This document shows, piece by piece, positions 53,929 to 64,000 of a stretch of 64,000 nucleotides of DNA; the stretch's first letter is position 1; each line of letters starts with the position of its first letter. A program made the translations under genes and the position numbers. Under the pieces are notes generated by a model. The model had not been told where the DNA came from, made no database searches, and saw only the letters and a program-made list of their open reading frames with translations. The stretch is from Octopus vulgaris (Eukaryota), in contig OX597816.1 in NCBI GenBank assembly GCA_951406725.2, positions 8,184,001-8,248,000 on the forward strand, given 5' to 3'.

Positions 53929-54290
53929 AAGAAGAAGAAGAAGAAGAAGAAGATGAAGAAAAACAACAACAACAACAGGAAGAAGAAGAAGAAGAAGAAG
54001 AAGAAGAAGAAGAAGAAGAACAAGAAGAAGAAGAACAAGAAGAAGAAGAAGAACAAGAAGAAGAAGAAGAACAAGAAGAAGAAGAAGAACAAGAACAAGA
54101 ACAAGAACAAGAAGAAGGAGAAGAACAAGAACAAGATACAGCAACAACAACAACAAGAGGAAGAGGAAGAAGAAGAAGAAGAAGAAGAAGAAGAAGAAGA
54201 AGAAGAAGAAGAAGAAGAAGAAGAAGAAGAAGAACAACAACAACAACAACAACAACAACAAGAGGAAGAGGAACAACAACAACAACAAGA
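53929..54290. repeat. Compound (GAA/CAA)n array
   Basis: Direct reading. Confidence 0.95.
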
Positions 54291-56344
54291 CGCACAGAAT
54301 GTGGAATATTTCGTTTTGAAATAAAAATAGATTATTTGAAAATATTTCTCGATTCGGAAATCATTTGAGAAATTCGATTCCTCGTGAATACTATTTGAAG
54401 GTATAAATGGTTTTAGCGCTACTTTGGCCTAGGTTTCGAGTATTGCCCTTGAGACAGCTGCTTAAGAAAGCTTTTAGAGACGTTCTTATACTACGCCTCG
54501 ATGAAAAGAGCAAAAAGCACGAGATAACAGCGTAAGTTCGTACCAGACGACGACGCCGACGCCATTTAAGCTAAAAATGAATTGATGGGAATAAACTTGT
54601 ACGGTTTACGAAAGAAAAAAAAATCAATGATGGACGAACAATTTCTTCGATGCCAGTTGTGATCGATAATGAACAAGATTATTGAATAATAGATCTGCAG
54701 AAAGATTTTCTCCTTCTCTTAGTTTCACTTCTCTCTCTTTCTCATTGTTCTTCACTTCCTTTCTCTTTGTCCCCCCCCCCCATTACTCCTCCTTTATTTT
54801 CCCTTTTCATCTCAATCGCTCACTATCTTCCTTTCCTCCTCTCCCTCACAACTTCCTTTCTCTTCTCTCTCTCTTTCTTCCTCTCTTTTCCACTGGATGA
54901 CTTACAGCCATTATGTAGTTTAACTTGGTGGAAGCCATTTTGCAATGAGAAAATATACAGAAATATATTCAACCTTTTCACAAACAGCCAAGCGAAATAT
55001 TTCGAAGCCATCTATCGTTTAAAACGATACCTAGACCGACCTACAGCTTACGTGACTATAGCTGAGTGTGTGTACGTGTGTGAGTGCGTGTGTGTATGAA
55101 AGAAGAAAGAGAGAGAAAGAGAAAGTGTAGGAATGTGTTTCAATAAGAGTCTGCGCGCGCGTGTATTAGTATGCACCTATTTCTTTACTACCCACAAGGG
55201 GCTAAAGATAGAGGGGACAAACAAGGACAGACAAACGGATTAAGTCGATTAGATCGACCCCGGTGCGTAGCTGGTACTTATTTAATCGACCCCGAAAGGA
55301 TGAAAAGCAAAGTCGACCTCGGCGGAATTTGAACTCAGAACGTAGCGGCAGACGAAATATCTATTTCTTTACTACCCACAAGGGACTAAACACAGAGGGG
55401 ACAAACAAGGACAGACAAACGGATTAAGTCGATTACAGACAATAGACAAAATATTTTAATAATTTTTTTAATACAATTCCTAATAATATTTAATTATAAA
55501 AAAAAATAATGAGGCGGTGAGCTGGCAGAAACCTTAGCACGCCGGGCGAAATGCGTAGCGGTTTTTCATCTACCGCTACGTTGTGAGTTCAAATTCCGCC
55601 GAGGTCAACTTTGCCTTTCATCCTTTCGGTCGATAAATTTAGTACCAGTTACGTACTGGGGTCGATCTAATCGGCTGCTCCCCACCAAAAGTTTTTTGGG
55701 CCTTGCACCTAGAGTAGAAAACAATATTTAATTATAAAAAAAATTTTTTAACATCTAATAGCTAGGAGGGCCCATCCGAGTAAAATAAGGATTGAAGGGG
55801 TTAAAAATAAATTTTAAATAGTTGAGATCAAAGAATATGGATATTTAGATTTTTCTTTCAGCTTATCTTAGATTCTTCATAAAGATTAAACACACTCACT
55901 GGTTGCAATTCACTTCCTGTTTTAGGTTATATTCCCAGAAATGCTCGTCACTCTTTTCTTGTGACTTCGATGACCTTAAATTCTTCAATATGGGGACCGT
56001 TCACCTCACCCTGATGCCCAACATGTTTATGAAAAGATTTTCTTTCAGACAAAGGCCACAGCATCATGTCGGTCAACGGTGTATATACATCTAGTATAAC
56101 ATCTAATATATGTCTAGTATAACACACACACACACACACACCTTGAACAAACAGTATCTGGATTATTTTTCCAGTTTTGTTACTTAATTCTTGAGAGCAA
56201 TCAGGTTCATTTTTAGTATTCTCGTTTGTCAGAGCAGTCGAGTTTATTTCAGATATTCTCATTTTAAAATCATTTCTGGCTAATCTTTGAGAGAACGTTG
56301 GTGTTGCCTTGGCGGAGGGTTGCGCTCCCTGAGTGCTCTTGTTA

Positions 56345-56405
<61 letters not shown>

Positions 56406-56602
56406 GGCGACGAGCTGGTAGAATCGTTAGCATGCCACGCTTAGCGGCATTTCGTCCGTATTTACATTCTAAGTTCAAATTCCGTCGAGGTCGATTTTGC
56501 CTTTCATCCTTTCGCTGTCGATAAATTAAGGACCAGTGAATCGCTAGGGTTGATGTAGTCACCTCCCCTCAAATTTCAGGCCTTGTACCCATAGTAGAAA
56601 GG

Positions 56603-56641
<39 letters not shown>

Positions 56642-56647
<6 letters not shown>

Positions 56648-56794
56648 TAGTTTTATTTTTATAGCGCGCTTTCACTTCACTACCGAGCGCAGCTCTGTGT
56701 GCCTTGGGTATGTGCTGTGATTTCCCCCCCAAGGCACACAGAGCTGCGCTCGGTAGTGAAGTGAAAGCACGCTATAAAAATAAAACTACTGAAT
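56642..56794. repeat. Hairpin with about 67 bp arms and 19 nt loop, extended by (TTA)n/(TAA)n
   Basis: TTCAGTAGTTTT...GTGCCTTGGG / CCCAAGGCAC...AAAACTACTGAA, one mismatch seen. Confidence 0.9.
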
Positions 56795-56813
56795 AATAAT
56801 AATAATAATAATA

Positions 56814-56878
<65 letters not shown>

Positions 56879-56879
<1 letters not shown>

Positions 56880-57537
56880 GGTAGTGGGTAGCAATTTTCT
56901 TCACTACTTCAGGGAGTGACGACCCTGCCTGACACGATCCCGGGCTCAGCTGGCTCCGGCTGATAGTATCCGGTATGGGTCCCTTTCCAGGGTTACGGAA
57001 AGGAGACAACCCTCAAAGAAATCTGGAGTGAAACCCCTAAGGCAGTTTAGTGTTCGACTTGACACTCTTCCAGCAGCTCCTGCAACCAGGCTGGTGCCAA
57101 ACGTAATGCTCTGCACTCCTTTGGGCTACGTCAGCAAGATCGAGAGAGGAATACGGACGACTGGGCTACCCAGGATTTTCTTACATCTATCCCAGGCCTG
57201 CGCAAAACTGGAGAGGAAACTGCAGAGGACATGAAATGTAAAAACCAGACTGGGTTAGTTTATGCGCAACTCCATTGTCTCCCGAGACAAAAAGATGCCA
57301 ACAACAATTATTATAATAATAAAGCGATGCCGGTGGTGATCGGAGCGTTGGGCTCAATCCCGTAGAAACTTCAAGACTTCTTAAAGCAACTGGAAAACCC
57401 ATGCAAGATTGATGTGTTGTAAAAAGCAGCCATCTTAAGGAAAGTATTACCTGTCTGAGGTCCTTGTTGTGACTTGGCAGATGGTTAAAGACTCCGGTGC
57501 ATTTTTACCTACACTGTGTTACGAAGGAATAATAATA
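56879..57537 (+). mobile_element. Candidate internally deleted Dong element (GC-rich 5' segment joined to REL C-terminus and 3' UTR)
   Basis: 57320-57535 matches the 3' end of the family at 30046-30300 (PVVIGALGSIP..LQDFLKQL); ends in GGAATAATAATA; begins at a TTA tract; the 5' UTR assignment is inference. Confidence 0.6.
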
Positions 57538-58823
57538 TTAATGCGACGAGCTGGCAGGTTTGTTAGTACGCCGATCAAAATGCTTAGCAACGTATCATCC
57601 GTCTTTATGTCTTGAGTTCAAATACCACCGGAATTACTTTGCCTTTCATCCTTTCGGGGTCGTTAACATAAGTACCAGTTGAACACTGGGGTCATTGTGA
57701 TCGATTAACCCCCCACCCTCCAAAATTGCTAACCTTGTGCCAAAAATTTGAAATCCTTATTATTGTTTTTGTTGAGGCGACGATCTGGTAGAATCGTTAG
57801 CATGCCGGATAAAATGCTTAGCAGCATTTCGTCTGTCTTCACGTTCTGAGATCAAATTTCGCCGGGTTGACATTGCCTTTCATTCTTTCCGGGTCAATAA
57901 ATTAAGTTCCGGTGAAACCCCCCAAAATTTCAGGCCTTGTGCCTTTAGTAGAAAGGATTATTATTGTTAATAAAAATAAAATAAAAGCAATATACAGTAT
58001 ATATGTTGCCAAGATAGAACCATTTGCTTTGACCCTCAGATACTGAAATATAACTGACCAGAGATGTAATTTACGATGACCTCCAACATTTATGACCGTG
58101 GCACTCCGTCGGTTACGACGATGAGGGTTCCAGTCGATCCGATCAACGGAACAGCCTGCTCATGAAATTAACGTGCAAGTGGTTGAGCACTCCACAGACA
58201 CGTGTACCTTTAACGCAGTTCTCGGGGAGATTCAGCGTGACACAGAGTGTGACAAGGCCGACCCTTTGAAATACAGGTACAATAGAAACAGGAAGAAAGA
58301 ATGAGAGAAAGTTGTGGTGAAAGAGTACTGCAGGGTTCGTCACCCACACCCCTGCTGGTGCCTCGTGGAGCTTTTAGGTGTTTTCGCTCAATAAACATTC
58401 ACAACGTTCGATCTGGGAATCGAAACCGCGATCCTACGACCGCGAGTTCGCTGCCCTAACCACTGGGCCATTGCGCCTCCACACATTTATGATAATCTTG
58501 TCAAATATTGTTTGCTTATAATGTCAATACTTTTACAGATACTTATCACAGGTGCCTAGAGCGATACATGAAAAGGAGGGAGAAACCGGCTTCTTAGGAA
58601 TGGATAGGCGCAGATATAGCTTTGTAGTTATGAAGTAAATTGCGTAAGCACGTGAATCTGTAGCTTCAGGTTCGATACCACCTCACAGTACTACGGATCC
58701 AAATGGTTCTTGCAGAGTCCTCAGCTGCAGTCCCGGTTTGACCAATACCTTGTGAATTGGAACTGTGGGGAAGTTATTTGTGTGTGAATGTGTATATGTG
58801 TGTTGTGTGTTAATATATATATA

Positions 58824-59722
58824 TTGGGTTGTCCGGAAAGTTCGTGCCGATTTATAGTAGCTTACCTTTCGACTTATTTTAGAACATGTTTGAGTCCATA
58901 AAATAGGATTTGACTACACCTCCATTTAGAGCACTGTTTAAGCTATCTTTTCGTGGAAGAAGGTTTATGTTCCTATAACCTGTGTTAATTCTGTAACCCT
59001 TTAAAATGGAAGATAAGAAAGTTCATTTTCGGCACTTGATGCTTTTCTTTTTTCCGTAAAGGGAAAAATGCCTCACAAGCAACCAAAGAAATATACGCAA
59101 TTTACGGTGATGTTTCTTTATCCGAAAGAACTGTACGGAAGTGGTTCGCAAGGTTCCAAACTGGAGATTGTAGCCTTATTGATAAAGAGCAATCAGGCAG
59201 ACCATCCACTACAGATGGTGACCAAATCAAGTCATTAATTGAGAATAACCCACATTGCACAACCCGAGAATTGGCAGAAAGCTTCAACCTATCAAAATCC
59301 GTCGTTCATGAGCACCTGGTAAAGCTTAGGTACACAAATCGCTACGATATTTGGGTACCACATGAGTTGAGTGAGAAGAACCTTTTGGATCGCATTTCCA
59401 TCTGTGAACGGAATGAAAACGCGCCTTTTTAAAAGCAAATTGTGACAGGTGATGAGAAATGGATTATCTACCGAAATGTTCAGAGAAAGCGACCCTGGAG
59501 TAAGCGACATGAGCCACCTTAGCCACCCCAAAAGCGATTCTTCACCCTAAAAAAGTCTTGCTTTGTGTCTGGTGGGATTGGAAAGGAATTCTGTACTATG
59601 AGCTCCCAAGAAACCAGACAATTAATTCTGAGAAATACTGCGCACAAGTGGACGAGTTAAAAGCAGCAATTCAAGAGAAACGTCCAGAATTGGCCAACAG
59701 GAAGGGTGTTGTTTTCCAAGAC
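58824..59722 (+). mobile_element. mariner (Tc1/mariner) transposon, 3'-truncated, pseudogenised (mellifera-like)
   Basis: TA followed by TTGGGTTGTCCGGAAAGTTC TIR; from ATG 59006 MEDKKVHFRHLM...SGRP...WVPHEL...IVTGDEKWI...HPKKVLLCVWWD with frameshifts and a stop. Confidence 0.92.
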
Positions 59723-59737
59723 CGAACGTCTTAAGAC

Positions 59738-59831
59738 TATATATGCGCATATTGTGTGAGAGTCTTTCTCTGAATACATCTGTATGTGTATGTGTGTTAT
59801 TTATCCTAAATAAAACTTCAAATTGGCTTTC

Positions 59832-59926
<95 letters not shown>

Positions 59927-60170
59927 AAGTGTAGGTGGCATACGAGTGGGTATATATTTAAAAAAGAAGTTTGAAAACGCCACTATGTAAGATAAATTTC
60001 TTGAAAAAAACGAACCTTATCAAAAATATTTTTATAAGTTAAGTGTAATAAAAAAGTTCATAATTGTTTCTTACTAGTCTCAATAGAGTCCACGTAGTGG
60101 TGTTTTGTCTGGGGGCGGGGGGAGCATAATGGCTGTCTTGTGCGTTGACTAGAATCGTTGGCTGTAATCG

Positions 60171-60242
<72 letters not shown>

Positions 60243-60603
60243 CGACCGCATCTACACAATGGATGTGTATTGTTTGCGCACCGTTTCGCTGCAATTTAGC
60301 GCCAATGAACCGTCAAATAAACGAGATAGGTACAATGGGTGTCTACAGTTGATAATGTTTACAACACAAGTGCTGCTTTTAATTCGTCATTGAATACGCG
60401 CGTGTGTGTGTGTAGGTTACCATACTACTTTAAACTAGGCCTCCTGACTGAGAGGGAAGCCGCCATTAACCGTTTTTCAGCAAGACATTCACACAACCAC
60501 AACTTCAACCTCTGTTCTATCCGGAATTTTAGTGGCACACCTATTTGAGCATTCAGAGACATACCTATTAGTTTGAGTGATCTTGACCTAAACTCCTCAT
60601 ACC

Positions 60604-60660
<57 letters not shown>

Positions 60661-60922
60661 ATAGATATATATGTGCATAGATATATATGTGCATGTATAT
60701 ATATATATATATATATGTATATGTGTATATATATATGTATAAGTATATATATATATATGTATATGTATATGTGTATATATATATGTGTATGTGTGTATGT
60801 ATATATATACACACAAACACATACATACATAATACAAAAATACATATATACAGGCATACACATATGCATATATATATACACACATATACCTACTATATAT
60901 GTGGAAAATATATACATATATA

Positions 60923-60981
<59 letters not shown>

Positions 60982-61042
60982 ATATTGTGTGAGAGTCTCT
61001 CTCTGTATACATCTGTATGTGTGTTATTTATCCTAAATAAAA
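59738..61042. repeat. Dispersed direct repeat of about 90 bp (59738-59834 / 60972-61042), each next to TA-rich sequence
   Basis: ATATGCGCATATTGTGTGAGAGTCT...TTATCCTAAATAAAACTT..AATTGGCTTT. Confidence 0.8.
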
Positions 61043-61068
61043 CTTAGAATTGGCTTTCATTTCATTTC

Positions 61069-61110
<42 letters not shown>

Positions 61111-61161
61111 TTACTCAAATACATTCCTACTCTCTCTCTCTCTCTCTCTTTCTCACACACA

Positions 61162-61723
61162 CGCGGAATTGACTCGTTACTACTTCTGAAATGGTGTGAG
61201 CATCCGGGCAATACATCGTGCTGACAACTTCCGCATGTGCAAATGGTCGTGAATGATTTTTTATCCACGGACCCGACACTTATCTTCACTTCTTGGGCAA
61301 GTTGCCGAATAGTTATGCGGCGATCCTGCAAAATAGATCCACTTTATGAATGGTGTCGTCATCAATGGCGGAATGTGATCCTCCAGGAACAGGACCAGTT
61401 TCCACCGATGTCCAACCACATTTGAACTGGCGATGCCAGTGCTTGACTACGTCGTTTGGTGGTGCATCGTCCCAATAACCTTTTTTTATCTCATCGAAAG
61501 TCTCTTTTGGTGTACGACCTTTCAAGTATAAGAACCTGATCACCGATCTGCATTCAAGCCGCTTAAACCACTTCAACAGTCATAAAAAAAACAAACGAAT
61601 ACTAGTAGAAAGCTGCAATTTACTATGTGACATGTAAAGACATGTATGATTATACCCGTACAAGTTCCGTTTCCTGCAAAGACCGGAATTGGGTCAGGGG
61701 AAATCTTTAATGAACACCCCGTG
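61162..61723 (-). mobile_element. mariner 5' fragment (irritans-like)
   Basis: TIR-like CACGGGGTGTTCATTAAAGA; ECRSVIRFLYLKGRTPKE...VKHWHRQFKCG...DRRITIRQLAQEVKISVGSV. Confidence 0.88.
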
Positions 61724-62270
61724 GTATTAGTACACTTGTATACTATGGTATAAGTATAATGACATAGGCGGCGAGCTGGCAGAAACGTTAGCACGCCGGG
61801 CGAAATGCGTAGCCGTATTTCGTCAGTCGTTACTTTCTGAGTTCAAATTCCGCCGAGGTTGACTTTGCCTTTCATCTTTTCGGAGTCTATAAATTATGTA
61901 CCAGTTACGCACTGGGGTCGATGTAATCGACTTAATCCCTTTGTCTGTCCTTGTTTGTCCCCTCTGTGTTTAGCCCCTTGTGGGTAGTAAAGAAATATAT
62001 AAGTATAATGATACCGGTGCAATGTGTATACAATATATAATGATAAGAGGACAGCAATACTCTTCAGAGAAAATATCAATGAAACCATTTATCTCCTGTC
62101 TTTTACTGTTTACGTGTTTCAGTTGTTACAATGTGGCCATGCTGTGGCACCGCTATGAAGAATCTTTAGTCGAATGACACGACCTCAGTACTTTTCATTA
62201 AGCCTGGTACTTACTCTATCGGTTCCTTTTCACGAACAGCTAGGTGGTAGAGACTTAAACAAACAGAAAC

Positions 62271-62317
<47 letters not shown>

Positions 62318-62333
62318 GTTAAAGATATATATG

Positions 62334-62381
<48 letters not shown>

Positions 62382-62857
62382 GACGGGCTTCTTTCAGTTT
62401 CCGTCTACCAAATCCACTCACAAGGCTTTGGTTGGCCAAGGCTATAGTAGAAGATTCTACTATATATAATATGAGCTTCTTTCAGTTTCTGTCCGCCAAA
62501 TCCACTCACAAGTCTTTGGTTGCCTTGAAACTATAGAAGAAGGCGATTGCTCAAAGTCCAACGCAATGGAACTGAACCCAAAACGATGTGGTTAGGAAAC
62601 AAACACCTTGCCACACAGTCGCGCCTGAGCTTTTATTATGAAATTATCTCATAAAACGAATTGCTAACTTCATTCTCCTTGTTAATGTTTGTATAAACTC
62701 TACTACATTTACGGATTTTCAGACACATCATCAGTAAAACTCCCCATTTCCGTTTTATACTTGTATCTGATAGCCGTGGACGGGCTTAATAAAGCAAATA
62801 CCAAGGTCAAAACCAAATGGAATTTATTTATTTGTGTATGTAAATAAATAAAATATA

Positions 62858-63018
62858 GGCGCAGGAGTGACTGTGTGGTAAGTAGCTTGCTAACCAACCA
62901 CATGGCTCCGGGTTCAGTCCCACTGCTGGCATCTTGGGCAAGTGTTTTCTGCTATAGCCCCGGGCCGACCAATGCCTTGTAAGTGGATTTGGTAGACGGA
63001 AACTGAAAGAAGCCTGTC

Positions 63019-63068
<50 letters not shown>

Positions 63069-63069
63069 T

Positions 63070-63101
<32 letters not shown>

Positions 63102-63315
63102 AGTTTGTGTGTCTGTGTTTGTCCCTCTAGCATTGCTTGACAACCGGTGCTGGTGTGTTTACGTCCCCGTCACTTAGCGGTTCGGCAAAGGAGACCGATA
63201 GAATAAGTACTGGGCTTACAAAGAATAAGTCCCGGGGTCGATTTGCTCGACCAAAGGCTGTGCTCCAGCATGGCCGCAGTCAAATGACTGAAACAAGTAT
63301 AAAAGTATAAGAGTG
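62858..63315 (+). mobile_element. SINE family A, full length
   Basis: Head to tail as at 13815-14255. Confidence 0.9.
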
Positions 63316-63333
63316 AAATATATATATATATAT

Positions 63334-63779
63334 ATATAGTGGTCGTATACTGTCAACTCAATGTGACAGTCCCGTAAGGGAATTACACCACCGCCATTTA
63401 ACCCTAGGAAACATCGACGTCTCCTGTCGGCTTTGACACATTTTCCGTGTCCTTATATTTGCAAAGGGGAGGCAAGCAATCACCCCGCCAGCTGGGACTA
63501 AGCACCTGAAGACATATGTTTCTGAGTCTATTGCTCGTCGTCAGTTCAGGGTAGCCTGCCTCGCTCGCTGAGATGACCGCAACCTCTTCGCAAATATATC
63601 ATATTTTCAGTAAAATTTATTTACTGATCACCGAAATTAGAAATATTGAATTTCTAAATGTCTTAGAGAGACATGAGCGGTGGTGGAGCGATATAGTGGT
63701 CGTATACTGTCAACTCAATGTGACAGTCCCGTAAAGGAATTACACCACCGCCATTTAGCCCTAGGAAACATCGATGTCT
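63334..63779 (-). mobile_element. Retrozyme-like element: 357 bp unit plus 89 bp terminal redundancy with central HHR
   Basis: 63334-63422 matches 63691-63779 (3 mismatches seen); HHR at 63505-63550; adjoins (TA)n. Confidence 0.8.
63505..63550 (-). ncRNA. Type I hammerhead ribozyme with intact core
   Basis: CCTGAA-CTGACGA-C GAG CAATAGA CTC A-GAAAC-ATAT-GTC-TTCAGG: 6 bp stem I, palindromic ATAT loop III, GUC site (cut between 63511 and 63510). Confidence 0.85.
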
Positions 63780-64000
63780 TCTACCATAGTGTCTTCTGCC
63801 ATAGCCTCGGGCCGACTAAAGCCTTGTGAGTGGATTTGGTAGACGGAAACTGAAAGAAGGCCGTCGTGTATATGTATATATATGTATGTGTGTGTGTGTA
63901 TGTTTGTGTGTCTGTGTTTGTCCCCCCAAGATTACTTGACAACCGATGCTGGTGTGTTTAGGTTCCTGTAACTTAGTGGTTCGACCGATAGAGTAAGTAC

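Noticed and set aside
53905-54368. Poly-Glu/Gln or poly-Lys ORFs as a real acidic or basic protein
   Set aside because: Open in several frames simply because GAA/CAA repeats lack stops; no flanking domain or splice support
56910-56990. HDV-like ribozyme at the 5' end of the deleted Dong derivative
   Set aside because: Only nested hairpins could be paired; no P1/P2 pseudoknot order found by eye
62705-62740. Minus-strand CTGATGA...GAAA hammerhead
   Set aside because: No stem II pairing and no valid NUH site compatible with stem I

Overview
AT-rich, microsatellite-dense animal genomic DNA. The SINE families and repeat style suggest a coleoid cephalopod such as Octopus (inference from recognition, no search run). 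I found no host protein-coding gene that I can support, and almost all listed ORFs are microsatellite or antisense artefacts. The window is a mosaic of mobile DNA: one near full-length R4/Dong-clade RLE non-LTR retrotransposon in a (TAA)n tract with four frameshifts, several Dong fragments, RTE and CR1-group 3' ends, two Penelope-like (PLE) GIY-YIG remnants, two mariner remnants, a hAT remnant, four non-autonomous Helitrons and dozens of tRNA-derived SINEs from about four families. The most notable signal is RNA structural. Reading by hand, I found about 13 type I hammerhead ribozyme (HHR) motifs on both strands, in at least 9 apparently unrelated short non-coding elements next to (TA)n or (TAA)n tracts. 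These include two circularly permuted 'monomer plus overhang' retrozyme-like units (357 and 588 bp), a 1.1 kb near-perfect palindrome with one HHR per strand, HHRs with long stem II insertions and a recurrent U4C core variant. An HDV-like pseudoknot candidate lies upstream of the Dong element. All folds were paired by eye and most element boundaries are approximate.
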